A DNA stretch of 64,000 bases. Source: the human T2T-CHM13v2.0 reference genome, Homo sapiens. The translations under genes were made by a program, and so were the position numbers. Under the pieces are notes generated by a model. The model was not told the DNA's origin. It worked only from the letters and a program-made list of their open reading frames with translations, and made no database searches. The stretch's first letter is position 1; every line of letters begins with the position of its first letter. Where the stretch lies: the NCBI RefSeq assembly GCF_009914755.1, contig NC_060947.1; one strand, given 5' to 3'. Below are positions 1 to 18,029 of the stretch, in pieces.

Positions 1-692
1 ATGAATACCGAATTACTCGATAACGAGCTTAAGTGTTCTGCGGTTGTCATGACATTTCTTTTACAAAGCAAATGATGCTGGAAAAAAAATCTTAAAACTA
101 GACTAAAATGCAAATCCTTTTATGACAGTATGTGGTTGTCACGTTCATAATAACAGACAATAATTGATGATTTATAAGATGACACCATGGCAACAGAGTC
201 TTTCATCATTGGCACCCCTTGGTTACTTTTATATTAGACGCTTGAGGATGCCTGTGAAAAGTTTCCAAGATGACATACAAGAAGATCTACTCTTATTAGC
301 TCTCGTTTAAAACAGGGTGGAAGCATTGTCGAGATTTTGGAATCACCTGACAAAATAAAAGCTGGCAATGTCTCTGGTTAAAAAAAAACATCTCTGCTAA
401 ACTAATTTATTCCCATGTAAGCACATTCAGTAGCTAAAATTGGACAGATTTGTTTTGGTCACTTAACCTTTCAAAGAAAGTCTGTAATGCCTCTCAAATT
501 TGAGTGTAAGCTGTTAGGTTGTTTAAAATTATGGTGAATGATAATATCCTTATACAGGAGGCGGGAGAAGGGGAGAGGGAGTGCAGGAAACCTTGACCTT
601 GCTTTTAACTCCTAAAAAGATGATTTTAAAAACAGAATTTTAGTGTTGAGGACTTTATGAAAGTGGAATAAATTTGTAATTAGATATTCTAA

Positions 693-1080
<388 letters not shown>

Positions 1081-1140
1081 ATTATAGGGTATTTAAAATA
1101 TAGGAAATATAGTAAACCTCCTCTCTTGGTTTTATTGTCA

Positions 1141-1505
<365 letters not shown>

Positions 1506-2159
1506 ACTGGTTTCTCGATTATTCAGTCACTTATTTGATTGAACCAAAAGTCTAGACAATACGTTTTGAGGTTCTTTCCAGTGGAATTGTACTATAATTT
1601 ATAAGGGGTTGTAGAAACACCAACTATTTGAAATATTGAATATAAAATACTGAAACTACCACATTTAAATGACATAAGTGGAATATAACCATGTACATCA
1701 AAGTTAACCTCGTCTTTCTACATGAGGTTTTAAAAAATACGGCTTTGAGGATTTTTCTAAACACTTATTTCTTACATAATTTAAGCTTTTGTAAGGATAA
1801 AAATCCATAGTACTCATTTCCTTACGAACATCACATAACCAATTACATAAAGTAGGATCTCTGGTCATACTTTTTATTGATACATTCCCTACAAAGTGGT
1901 GTAAGGGATATAAAATCCTTAATTTAGGAGCCCCAACTATTCTTTGATGCAAAGAATCAGCAAAATTTGTTCCTAGTTAACAGTTAAGAAAATGGGGTTT
2001 ACCATTAAATGTAAGAATGATTTACCTTTACTTATATAAGAAAATAAGTTGTTTAATTCTGAATCTTATTCTAGATCGTGGGTAAATCACACAATGGAAC
2101 ATGATTTTTTTTGCACTAGACACTAATAATTTATTTTTCATTTTTTAAATAGTTTGCAA

Positions 2160-2231
2160 TTTTTTTTTATTATACATTAAGTTCTGAGATACATGTGCAG
2201 AACGGGGGCAGGTTTGTTACATAAGTATGCA
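2160..2231 (-). mobile_element. Extremely 5'-truncated L1PA 3' end (~70 bp)
   Basis: TTATTATACATTAAGTTCTGAGATACATGTGCAGAAC..GCAGGTTTGTTACATA matches an L1PA 3' terminus. Candidate TSD TATTTTTCATTTT at 2132-2144 and 2232-2244. Confidence 0.8.
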
Positions 2232-2984
2232 TATTTTTCATTTTCTTTATTAAAGAAAACATGTTTTCTCCAACATTTTGCTATAATGGATGTTTCAATG
2301 ATTAATTTTATATTTGTTTTCCTATCTACTTCCATTATGGAGTTCTATTAGAATAATTGCTTAGTTGAAGGGTATAAACATCCATTTTGATACATAATGC
2401 TTGATTCTGAATTTGATTAAAATGATACCTGTTCTTGGCAAACATTTTACTCTGTGATGTATAAAATGTATAACATGTAGAACATATTGTTTCTGTTTTC
2501 TAGGAGTTTATAATTTAGTCCACAAAGATACCAACTATGAGCCTGAATAAACCATAAAATAATCCCAAAGTACTAAATAAAGAAAGGGTGATATTGTATG
2601 ATATATAGACTACAGACATAAGAATTAAAATTACTCAATTACTCGTGGTAAGAGAAAAAGTTAGGCTGAAATGGTTTTGTGGAGGATAATAAGTCAGGAC
2701 ATAAGATTATCCAAATTTAGAACTTAAGTCAATTTGGGAGATTTGAATCATCAGAAAACTGTTACTCTAGATTTTAAGAGCCCACATGACCAAAGGCAAA
2801 GAGCTAGAAATAATTATGGCATATGATGGGAATACTAAAGAACACTTTCCCACTTACACTGAAATGGTATGACTGCAGAACAAGAAAAATAACACTTAGA
2901 TATTGCTTACTCACCTGATTTGCTTCTCTGTCTCCATTCTTGACTAATCTTGAGAATTAGTCCTTCCTTAACAGTGCTACACAC

Positions 2985-3605
2985 GCTGCCCCTCTTGCTC
3001 TTAGAATAAAGTTAAAATATCTTAACATAGCTTACAAGGTCCTATGCCAGTGGTTCTCAACCAGAGGTGATTTTTGCTCCTATGGGACATTTGGCAATGT
3101 TTGGAGGCCTTTTTGGCTGTCGCAATGGGTGGTGGTGGTGCTATGGCATCTAGTGGGTAGCAGTCAGGAATGCTAATAAATATCCTATAATGCACAGTAC
3201 AGTTCCCATAAAGTGGAGAATTATCCAGCCTAAGATGTCAATAGTGCTGAGGTTGAGAAAAATAAGAAATGCTACCCTGTAGCATTTTATCTAACCCCTG
3301 CCCACCTTGTTAATCTTTTAAATCTTAAGCTACTTTCTCCCTACTCATTATCAATTCAATTACCTTGGTGTCCTTGAACATTCCATTTTCTCTCTCACAT
3401 TCAGAATTTCACATATGCTGTCTCTCTACCTGAAACACACTTCTGTTCCCCTTCTCCCCATACCTCAGCCCTTCATCTTGCTAAATCTACTCATCATTCT
3501 ATATATGCCTATCAACTAGATTCTTTGATTACGTGAGTCATGCTTTATCCATCATTGTATTCCCATTGCTCAGCATGTTGTTTGAGACATAATAAATGCA
3601 TGTTA
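2985..3605 (+). mobile_element. L2 LINE 3' fragment, interrupted by MER20
   Basis: Degenerate L2 motifs on both sides of the MER20 (CTTAACATAGCTTACAAGGTCC; CTTGCTAAATCTACTCATC; ATTGTATTCCCA..AATAAATG). Confidence 0.6.
3048..3279 (+). mobile_element. MER20 hAT-Charlie DNA transposon
   Basis: CAGTGGTTCTCAACC..GGGACATTTGGCAATG..GGCATCTAGTGGGTAG..ATGTCAATAGTGCTGAGGTTGAGAAA. The right TIR is split by a ~13-nt insertion before CCCTG. Confidence 0.92.
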
Positions 3606-3959
3606 ACGCAATACATAGATTACTGGAGAGTTTCAATGCTAAGATAAACAAAGGTGGTTAAGGGTTTGGGTGATTATGTAAAATGGCTGTGGTAATAAAG
3701 AGAATAAAGTAACTTTGAGAGAAACTGCAAAGGCAGAACTCCCATGGCTTGGTCACTGATTCGATGTGGATTGTGACAGAAGAGTTAAAGATGATTTCTA
3801 CATACCAGGTAAACTGAGGGAATGGGTATAGAAATTGTAGAATTGGGAAGGAATCTTTATTTTGAGGTATCAGATAATGGGAATCTATTTTTATTTACTT
3901 GGTGATGCCTATAAGCAGCTAGAAATAGAGTTTAATTTGGGTGAACTTGATATTTCTGT

Positions 3960-4119
3960 AACTGTGGGAAAGCAATTTAACTTCAGTCTCTTCATTTGTA
4001 AAATGGAGAAAGAATGAGTACCTACCTGACTGGGTGGGATTAAGTGAGTTAACACATATAAAACACTTATCTTTATCCCAGTGTTGGACATAGAATTAAC
4101 ACTTAATAAATGGTAGCTA

Positions 4120-4120
<1 letters not shown>
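3960..4120 (+). mobile_element. MIR SINE fragment
   Basis: Core CAGTCTCTTCATTTGTAAAATGG and 3' end CACTTAATAAATGGTAGCTATT. Confidence 0.8.

Positions 4121-4150
<30 letters not shown>
4121..4150. repeat. (TTA)n microsatellite
   Basis: About 9 TTA units at the MIR tail. Confidence 0.9.
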
Positions 4151-5786
4151 TTCATCATTATAAATGTCTTTTTTTTCCTTTGTCTCTGCATTTTGAAATT
4201 ATACCTTTCAGTACAGCTACCGCTCTCCCATGAAACTTTTTATGATGTTTCAGGGTATCAATGATCACCTTCCTCCCCTGTAACTGTATAGCATTCTACA
4301 TTAACTACTTTTTTTTGTACTTGTCATGTACTGCCTAGTCCCATGATTGCATACGTGTTTACGTTATGATCCCTGTTATATTGTAAGTTCTATTAGGGTA
4401 AGACTCTGGCTTACTCATCTTTTCCTGACATACAGTAAGTGCTAAATAAATATTAGTTTATGATAATTAATTATAATTTTATTATTGTCATTGGAAAGTC
4501 ATCAACAGAGGTATTATAGTTGACTCAGAATTAATATGCCTTCCAATTTATATTCAGTATTAATGCTCCTAGTATTTTCAAAGAATATCAATTGTTTTAT
4601 GAAATAGAACAAAATATCATTTTAAATTAAGTGCTAAGTAATCTGAAAAATTTAAAATGTATTTAATTGATGCTAGTCAAGTTTCATTATTATAGAAAAG
4701 CCTACCTGATAAAAGAGTATTTCTTTTGAAAAATTTGATATTTTCAAGTTGCTAACTAATAGTGAAAGATCTTTTGCTTATAAGCTATGAAAGAATATTT
4801 TTGTTTGTAATGCCAAACCTTTGAAGAAACTGGGATATTAAACAATCTTATGAAAATGGTAAAGATTTTTAAAAATGAAATAAGCAATATCATGCATTTG
4901 TAAGACTGTATATCCTTTCTGAATTCCTTTAAGATATAATATATAAAACATCATGTCGGTAAAGTGTTCAGAACCAAGTTTAGGAAATATAGCCCAGGGT
5001 GTCTGAAGAGTTTTGTAGTCACAATAAATAACACAAGAACTTTGATATGAGACATTCTTACTTGTCTTTTGCACACAATTTACTTTGATTCATCAACTCA
5101 ATAAAGTGCTCTGTGCGTAGGAAAGTGTTTTATATTTGCAATTTATTTATTTACATGGCCGTCATCCCTACTCGGGCCAATCTTCTATTGCTATCGATGT
5201 GTTTGGAACTGCCATTGGAAACAACTGAGACTCTAAGTGCACATCTTAGGGAAACATTTTGTCTTTGGTTGAGATATGTAAAAAGGGCAGTATCATAAAC
5301 GAATCTTAACTGAAAGGTTACATGAACATCCTCTCTGATTTATAATGATGATCTCTAACATATAGCCCCATTTGGATGAAATAATTTTCTAATGTATTAC
5401 AGTATTTTCTTCTAAGCAATTTCACTCTCTCATAAAAGTAGATCCTTTCCAAGTGTTCAGTAGCTTTAGTAAAATTGTACATAATTAATGAAGTTATTTT
5501 AGTAATTTGGGATAAATTATGTGATACAACAAACTATTTGTTATATATATTATATTTCTTTTTTATTTTTATTTTATTATTATTATACTTTAAGTTTCAG
5601 GGTACATGTGCACAACGTGCAGGTTTGTTACATATGCATACATGTGCGATGTTGGTGTGCTGCACCCATTAACTCATCATTTAGCATTAGATATATCTCC
5701 TAATGCTATCCTTCCTTCCTCCCCCCACCCCACAACAGTCCCCAGTGTGTGATGTTCCCCTTCCTGTGTCCAAGTGTTCTCATTGT

Positions 5787-9604
<3,818 letters not shown>

Positions 9605-9667
9605 TATGATGTTAACTGGTTATTTTGCTCGTTAGTTGATGCAGTTTCTTCCTAGCCTTGATGGTCT

Positions 9668-10681
9668 TTACAATTTGGCATGTTTTTGCAGTGGCCGGTA
9701 CCAGTTGTTCCTTTCCATGTTTAGTGCTTCCTTCAGGAGCTCTTTTAGGGCAGGTCTGGTGTGACAGAATCTCTCAGCATTTGCTTGTCTGTAAAGGATT
9801 TTATTTCTCTTTCACTTATGAAGCTTAGTTTGGCTGGATATGAAATTCTGGGTTGAAAATTCTTTTCTTTAAGAATGTTGAATATTGGCCCCCACTCTCT
9901 TCTGGCTTGTAGAGTTTCTGCTGAGAGATCAGCTGTTAGTCTGATGGGCTTTCCTTTGTGGGTAACCAGACCTTTCTCTCTGGCTGCCCTTAACATTTTT
10001 TCCTTCATTTCAACTTTGGTGAATCTGACAATTATGTGTCTTGGACTTGCTGTTCTTCTGGAGTATGTTTGTGGCGTTCTCTGTGTTTCCTGAATTTGAG
10101 TGTTGGCCTGCCTTGCTAGATTGGGGAAGTTCTCCTGGATAATATCCTGCAGAGTGTTTTCCAACTTGGTTCCATTCTCCCTGTCACTTTCAGGTACACC
10201 AATCAGATGTAGATTTGGTCTTTTCACATAGTCCCATATTTCTTGGAGGCTTTGTTCATTTCTTTTTATTCTTTTTTCTCTAAACTTCCCTTCATGCTTC
10301 ATTTCATTCATTTCATCTTCCATCACTGATACCCTTTCTTCCAGTTGATCGCATCGGCTACTGAGGCTTGTGCATTCATCACGTAATTCTCATGCCGTGG
10401 TTTTCAGCTCTATCAGGTCCTTTAAGGACTTCTCTACATTGGTTATTCTAGTTATCCATTCGTCTAGTTTTTTTTTCAAAGTTTTTAACTTTTTTGCCAT
10501 TGGTTCAAACTTCCTCCTTTAGCTCGGAGTAGTTTGATCTTCTGAAGCCTTCTCTCAACTTGTCAAAGTCATTCTCTGTCCAGCTTTATTCCATTGCTAG
10601 TGAGGAGCTGCGTTCCTTTGGAGGAGGAGAGGCGCTCTGAGTTTTATCATTTCCAGTTTTTCTGCTCTGTTTTTTCCCCAT
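9668..10681 (-). pseudogene. L1 ORF1 (RNA-binding chaperone), disrupted
   Basis: ATGGGGAAAAAACAG start at 10681. ORF 9745-10326 encodes the REKR..WDYVKRPNL..ARREW..YPAKLSF motifs. Frameshifts elsewhere. Confidence 0.92.
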
Positions 10682-11706
10682 CTTTGTGGTTTTATCTACC
10701 TTTGGTCTTTGATGATGGTGACGTACAGATGGGTTTTTGGTGTGGATGTCCTTTCTCTTTGTTAGTTTTTCTTCTAACAGTCAGGACCCTCAGCTGCAGG
10801 TCTGTTGGAGTTTGCTGGAGGTCCACTCCAGACCCTGTTTGCCTGGGTATCAGCAGCAGTTTCTGCAGAACAGCGGATATTGGTGAACCGCAAATGCTGC
10901 TGCCTGATCGTTCCTCTGGATGTTTTGTCTCAGAGGAGTACCTTGCCGTGTGAGGTGTCAGTCTGCCCCTACTGGGGGGTGCCTCCTAGTTAGGCTACTC
11001 GGGGGTCAGGGACCCACTTGAGGAGGCAATCTGCCCTTTCTGAGATCTCAAGCTGTGTGCTGGCAGAAGCACTACTCTCTTCAAAGCTGTCAGACAGGGA
11101 CATTTAAGTATGCAGAGATTATTACTGTCTTTTGTTTGTCGGTGCCCTGCACCCAGAGGTGGAGCCTACAGAGGCAGGCAGGCCTCCTTGAGCTGTGGTG
11201 GACTCCACACAGTTTGAGCTTCCTGGCCACTTTGTTTACCTACTCAAGCCTGGGCAATGGCAGGCGCTCCTCCCCCAGCCTCGCTGCTGCCTTGCAGTTT
11301 GATCTCAGACTGCTGTGCTAGCAATGATTGAGGCTCCGTGGGTGTAGGACCCTCCAAGCCAGGTGCAGGATATAATCTCCTGGTGTGCCATTTGTTAAGC
11401 CCGTTGGAAAAGCACAGTATTAGGGTGGGAGTGACCCGATTTTCCAGGTGCCATCTGTCACCCCTTTCTTTGACTAGGAAAGGGAATTCCACGACCCCTT
11501 GCACTTCCCGGGTGAGGTGATGCCTTGCCCTGCTTCGGCTTATGCACGGTGCACTGCACCCACTGTCCTGCACCCACTGTCCGGCACTCCCCAGTGAGAT
11601 GAACCCGGTACCTCAGTTGGAAATGCAGAAATCACCCGTCTTCTGTGTCGCTCACGCTGGGAGCTGTAGACTGGAGCTGTTCCTATTTGGCCATCTTGGC
11701 TCCACC
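10682..11706 (-). promoter_or_regulatory. L1 5'UTR internal promoter (sense and antisense) with YY1 site
   Basis: YY1 motif AAGATGGCC at 11689-11697 (minus strand). ORF0 homologue begins at 11257 on the + strand. Activity cannot be judged from sequence. Confidence 0.8.
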
Positions 11707-11899
11707 TATATATTATATTTCAAATGAAATTAATGGTTGCTTTAAAAACTGAAAGAATGGAGTTTCTTGGCTTTTGCATAAATAGGCAAAAGTGGCATGA
11801 GAATATTTATTACATTATTCATGAACATGTATCAACAAGCAGTTACATTTAACTGGCTAACAGGTAAGTGAAAGGTAGTTAAACAAGTGAGACAGTGAC

Positions 11900-14800
11900 A
11901 AAAAAAAAAAGAAAAAAAAAAAACTTCAGATTAATGCCCCGATGAACATAGATGAAAGAAATCCTCAACAAAATACTAGTAAATTGAATTTGGCAGCACA
12001 TCAAAAAGTTAATTTACCACAATAAGGTAGGCTTTATTCCCAGGATGCAATGTTGGTTCAACATATACACATCAAGAAATGTGATTCACCACAGAAACAG
12101 AATTAAACACAAAAACTATATGATCATATCAATAGATGCACAAAAAGCTTTAGATAAAATCCAACATTACTTTGTGATGAAAACCCTCAACAGTCTAGGC
12201 ATTGAAGGGGCATATCTAAAAATAAAAGTGCCGTCTATGACAAACCCACAGGCAGTATCATACTGAATAAGGAAAAGCTGTAAGTGTTCCCTTTGAGAAC
12301 CAGAAAAAGACAAAGATGCCCACTCCCATTACTTCTATTCAACATAGTGGCGGAGGTTTTAACCAGAACAATCAGACAAGAGAAAGAAACAAAATCTATC
12401 CAAATAGGAAAAGAAGAAATCAAACTATCTCCCTTCACTTATGATATAATTTTATACATTGAAAACTCTAAAGAGTCTGCTAAAAGGCTCCTAGAACTGA
12501 TAAACAACTTAAGTGTCAGGATACAAATTCAGTTTACTAAAATCAATAGGATTTCTATACATCAATAACTTCCAGGCTGAGAGTCAAATCAGGAACATGA
12601 TCCCATTTTCAGTAGTCACAAAGAAAATGAAATACCTAGGAATACAGGTGACCAAGGAGGTGTAATATCTCTACAAGGAGAAATACAAGACATTGCTGAA
12701 ATAAATGAGAAATGACACAAATAAATGAGAAATATTCCATACTCATGGAATGGAAGTATCAGTGTCATTAAAAGGGTCATAGTGCCCAAGGAAATGTACA
12801 GATTCCATGCCATTCCTATCAAGCTACCAACATCATTTTTCACACAATTAGAAAGATTTAGTCTACAATTCATATAGAACCAAATAAAAAGAGCCCAAAT
12901 AGTCAAAGCAATCCTGAGCAAAAAGAACAAAACCAGAGACATCATACAACCTGACTTTAAACTGTTCTTTAAGGCTACAGTAACCAAAAAAAGCAATGTA
13001 TTGTTACAAAAACAGCCATATTGACAAATGGTATGGAACAGAAAACTAAGAAATAAATCCACACACCTACAACCATCTGATCTTTTTAAGGCTGACAAAA
13101 ATAAGCAAAGGGGAAAGGACTTCCTATCCAATAAATGACACTGGGATAACTGGCTAGCCATATGTAGAAGGATGAAACTAGAGGCCTAAATTTTACCATA
13201 TACAAAAATTAACTGAAGATGGATCAAAGATTTAAATGTAATACCTCAAACTATTAAAAAATTCTAGAAGAAGTCCTAGGAAATACATTTCTTAACATTG
13301 GCCTTGGCAAAAAACTTTGACTAAGTCCTCAAAAGCCATTGCAACACAAACAAAAATTGAGAAATGGGACCTAATTAAACTAAAGAGCTTCTGCACAGCA
13401 AAAGAAATTTTCATCAGAGTAAACAGGCAAACTACAGAATGGGAGAAAGTATTCACAAACTATGCATCTGTCAAAGGTCTAATATACAGAATCTATCAGG
13501 ATCTTAAGTCAACAGACAAAAACCAAAAAACTTCATTAAAAAATGGACAAAGGACATGAACAGACACTTCTCAAGAAGAGTCATAAAATTGGACAATGAA
13601 AATATGAAAAAATCACTAATCATCAGAGAAGTGCAAATCAAAACCACAATAAGATACCATTTCACATCAGTCAGAATGGCTATTACTAAAGTGTCAAAAA
13701 CAAAAGAAAACAAAACAAAACAGAAATAGATGCTGGTCAGGCTGTGGAGAAGAGGGAACACTTATGCACTGTGGGAATGTAAATCAGTTCAGCCACTGGG
13801 AAAAATAGTTTGGAGATTTCTCAAAGAATTTAAATCAGATCTACCATTTGGCCCAGCAGTTCCATTACTGTGTATATACTCAAAAGAAAATAAATCATTC
13901 TGCCAGAAAGACACATGCACACACTTGTTCATAGTAATACTATTCACAATAGCAAAACCATGGTGTATTAGTCTGTTTTCACTCTGCTATAAGGAGATAC
14001 CCAAGACTGGGTAATTTATAAAGGAAAGATGTTTAATTGACTCACACTTCTGTAGGGCTTGGGAGGACTCAGGAGACTTACATTCATGGTAGAAGGGGAA
14101 GGTGACACATCCTTCTTCACATGGTGGCAGCAAGGAGAAGTGCAGAGCAAAGTGGGGGCAAAGTTTTTTTTTTTTTAAAGCACCAGATCTCATGAAAACT
14201 CACTCACTATCATTAGAACAGCATGGAGTAACTACCCCCGTGATTCAATAACCTCCCACTGGGTCCCTTTCACAACACGTTGGGATTATGGGAACTACCA
14301 TTCAAGATGAGATTTTTGTGGGGACACAACCAAACCATATCATCCCACCCCTGGCCCCTCCCAAATCTCATGTCCTCACAATTCAAAACACAATCATGCC
14401 CTTCCAACAGTCCCCCAGAGTCTTAACTCATTCCAGCATTAACTCAAAAGTCCAAGTCCAAAGTTTCATCTGAGACAAGGCAAGGCCCCTCCACCTATGA
14501 GCCTGTTTAATGAAAAGCAAGTTATTTACTTCCTAGATACAATGAGGGTACAGGCATTGGGTAAATAAACCCATTCCAAATGGGAGGAATTGGCCAAAAC
14601 AAAGAGCCTACAGGCCCCATGCAAGTCCAAAATCCAATAGGGCAGTCATTTAACCTTAAAGTTCCAAAATTATCTCCCTGGACTCCACTCCATGTCTCAC
14701 ATCCAGGTTATGCTGATGCAAGAGGTGGGCTCCCATGGACTTTGGCAGCTGTGCCTCTGTGGCTTTGCAGGATACAACCCTGCTTCTGGCTGCTTTCACT

Positions 14801-16735
14801 GCTGGCATTGAGTGTCTATGGGTTTTCCAGGTGCACGATGCAAGCTGTTGTTGGATCTAACGTTCTGGGATCTGGAGAATGGTGTCCCTCTTCTCAAGCT
14901 CCACTAGTCAGTGCCCCTGTGGAAACTCTGTGTGGGGGCTCCAACCCCACATTTCCTTTCTGCACTGCCCTAGCAGAGGGTCTCCATGAGGGTTCCATCC
15001 CTGCGTAGACTTCTGCCTGGATATCCAGGCATTTCCTTACATCCTTGAAAATCTATTTGGAGGATTCCAGATCTCAGTTTTTGACTTCTGCACATCCATA
15101 GGCTCAACACCATGTGGAAGCCACCAAGGCTTGGGGCTTGCACCCTCTGAAGCAGCAGCCTGAGCTCTACGTTGTCCCCTTTTAGCCACAGCCATGGCTT
15201 GAGCAGTTGTGATGCAGGGTGCAAATTCCCAAGGCTGCACATGGCAGGGGTTCCCTGGACCTGGCCCAGGTGACCATTTTTCCCTCCTAGGTCTTGGGGT
15301 CTGTGATTGGAGGAGCTGCTATGAATGTCTCTGACATGCCCTGGAGATATTTTCCCCATTGTCTTGGTGATTAACATTTGCCTTCTGGCTACTTATGCAA
15401 TGGGCTTGAATTTCTCCCCAGAAAATAGGTTTTTCTTGTCTAACACATCATCAGGCTGCAAATTTTCCAAACTTTTACACTCTGCTTCCTCTTGAATGCT
15501 TTGCTGCTTAGAAATGTCTTCCTGCATATACCCTAAATTATCTCTCTCAAGTTCAAAGTTCTACAGATCTTTGGGGCAGGAGTAAAATACGGCCAGTCTC
15601 TTTTCATAGGAAGAATGACCCTTACTCTAGTTCCCAACAAGCTTTTCATCTCCATCTGAGACCAACTCAGCCTGAACCTTATTGTGCATATCACTATCAG
15701 CATTTTGGTCAAAGCCATTCAACAAGTCTCTAGGACGTCCAAACTTTCCCACATCTTCCTGTTTTCTGAGCTCTCCAATTCTCTAGGAAGTTCCAAACTT
15801 TCCCACATTTCCCTGTCTTCTTCTGACCCCTCAAAACTGTTCCAACCTCTGCCTGTTACCCAGTTCCAAAATCACTTCCACATTTTTGGGTATCTTTACA
15901 TTGGCACCCCACTACCTGCTACCAATTTACTGTTTTAGTTTGTCCTCACACTGCTATAAGTACATACTCAAGACTGGGTAATTTATAAAGTAAGGAGGTT
16001 TAATTGATTCACAGTTCCAGAGGTCTGGGGAGGCCTCAGGAAACATACAATCATGGTGGAAGGGGAAACAAACACGTCCTAATTCACATGGTGGTGGCGG
16101 CAAGGAGAAGTGAGGAGCAATGGGTGGGGAACCCCCTTATGAAACCATCAGATCTCATGATAACTCACTTACTATCATGAGAAGAGCATGGAGGAAACTG
16201 CCCAATGATTCAATTACCTCCCACTGGGCCCCTCCCATGACACATGGGGATTGTGGGAACTACAATTCAAGATGAGATTTGGTTTGGGACACGGCCAAAT
16301 CATATCATATTGAATTAATCTACATGCCTATCAGTGGCAGACTTGATAAGAAAAAATAGTACATATGCACAGTGCAATACTATGTAGTCATGAAAAAGAA
16401 TGAGATCATGTCCTTTGTAGTAACATGGATGGATCTGGAGGCCATTATCCTACACAAACTAAGAGAGGAACAGAAAACTAAATATCACATATTTTCACTT
16501 ATAAATGGGAGCTAAATATTCAGTAGTCCTCGACATAAAGATGGCATCAATAGACAGTGGGGACTACTAGAGTGGGGAATTAGGGAGGTTGAAAAACTAC
16601 CTCTTGAGTACTATGTCCACTACCTGGGTGATGTTATCTGTTCCCCAAGCCTCAGCATCACATCATGCATTATAGCCATTTAACAAAGCTGCACATATTC
16701 ACCCTGAATCTAAAATGAAAGTTGAAATTAGAAAA
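11900..16735 (+). mobile_element. 5'-truncated old L1 (L1PA15/16-like), split by THE1D
   Basis: Degenerate ORF2 ([15 protein letters not shown] at 13317-13559) resumes at 16308. Ends GTACTATGTCCACTACCTGGGTGA..CCCTGAATCTAAAATGAAAGTTGAAA. Confidence 0.88.
13964..16307 (-). mobile_element. Complete THE1D-like MaLR (LTR 13964-14342, internal, LTR 15931-16307)
   Basis: Two homologous ~378-bp LTRs (TGT(A/T)TTAGT..CATATCA) flank a ~1.6-kb THE1-int. Degenerate TSD CATGG/TATTG. The host L1 is collinear across the insertion. Confidence 0.92.
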
Positions 16736-17399
16736 GAGAAAGAAGTTTGTTAGAGGTGTTGCTAGTTAAACTGACATGGTTTTAGTTTATATTGACATGC
16801 TTAAGACAGAGACATAATTGGATGTTAGTTCAGAAATGCTAAGATATGTCCAGAACATATGGGAGAATGACTGATCCCTACAGCAAGCTTTGAACTGAGT
16901 GCTGGAAAAAATGTATTCCACAGTTTCACTTTCTAACAGCAGAAACAGAATATGCATGCTTATTTTCCAAGTTTCTGCTGAGAGTGCACCTCCTCATATA
17001 TGTCTTCTGGTCCAGGATCTAAAGAATATTCTTAGATCTAAATTTAAAAATACACATTACAAGTTAATTATTTCAGTTTGCTTTAAATCCAAAGAAATTT
17101 AAAACCTAAAATGAAAATGGGAGGGAAAATGCATGCAAAGAAACTAATGAAGCAATCATGTAGGAATTAGTGTCAGACCAAATTATTTCATTTTATTTTT
17201 TGCTTTTCTGGGAAACTAAAGTAAAGCTGCATAAACACAGAGACTTGAACTAACATGATTTGGTCTGAAAAGTTTTAGTTAACATAAAAATGCAATAATC
17301 AAATAAAACAGTGAACTCATGAAGAATATTGAGAACCTATTATAATTTCAAGGAATAAAGCCTGGAAGTTTGGAAATCTAATTGAATGAACATGATAAA

Positions 17400-17580
17400 C
17401 TTGGATTTATATCCCCACAACTGCCAGTTTCTCTGTGACCTTTTGCCAGTTATATAGTCTTGTTGAGCCTTCATTTTCTTATTTATAGAAAAGGATACTA
17501 ATATTACCTACACTGTTACTTTTTTATGAGAAGATATAATACATGTAAATGACCTATCCCTCAATACTCAGTCAATAAAG
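17400..17580 (+). mobile_element. MIR fragment
   Basis: CTGTGACCTT..GAGCCTTCATTTTCTTATTTATAGAA core. Confidence 0.65.
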
Positions 17581-18029
17581 CGTGGCTTTTCTTATCACTC
17601 AGAATCTTTAAATTTTAAACAACTCTCTGATTACAAGCCAGGCACGATTAGTACAGACAAAAGCTTTGAGGAGAGAGCGAGATCACTGTGGACCAGCATA
17701 CTTTGTGACTCCATGAACAAAGAAATGGCATTTTGCTTTTATTGAATTTTGAACTGTATTCTGTTGCTAAAGAATGGGGAAGAGCTTCTAAATGGAGATA
17801 ATCCATACCCAACCATACGGAGATAGAAAGGCTGATGAGTTTTGATAAGTCAGTGATGCAGATTTTTTTAAGGCCTAGAGGCCCAAAGATTTAAAAGCAT
17901 GGGGGTTACATGTGAGAAGGATAGGCAGAGCATTGAATTTCATGGATAGAGTATGATTTTGTAGCAGACTGAAGTGGTTCTTCAGAAGAATCTGTGATAA
18001 CTGAGCATTTGAAAATAATTCTTTGACTT

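Noticed and set aside
1-75. Window begins with ATG and a 24-codon ORF
   Set aside because: Too short, with no homology I recognise; probably coincidental.
1704-1952. 82-aa minus-strand ORF in unique DNA (also 4838-5074, 39280-39684, 40671-40970)
   Set aside because: No recognisable protein motif or convincing splice context; lengths are compatible with chance.
15728-15835. ~52-bp tandem duplication in THE1D-int, absent from the other THE1
   Set aside because: The copies are diverged and I recall this as a subfamily consensus feature, not a locus-specific event.
14288-15938. Many 60-140 aa ORFs on both strands of THE1 internals and antisense to L1s
   Set aside because: Routine by-products of repeat sequence, not host genes.
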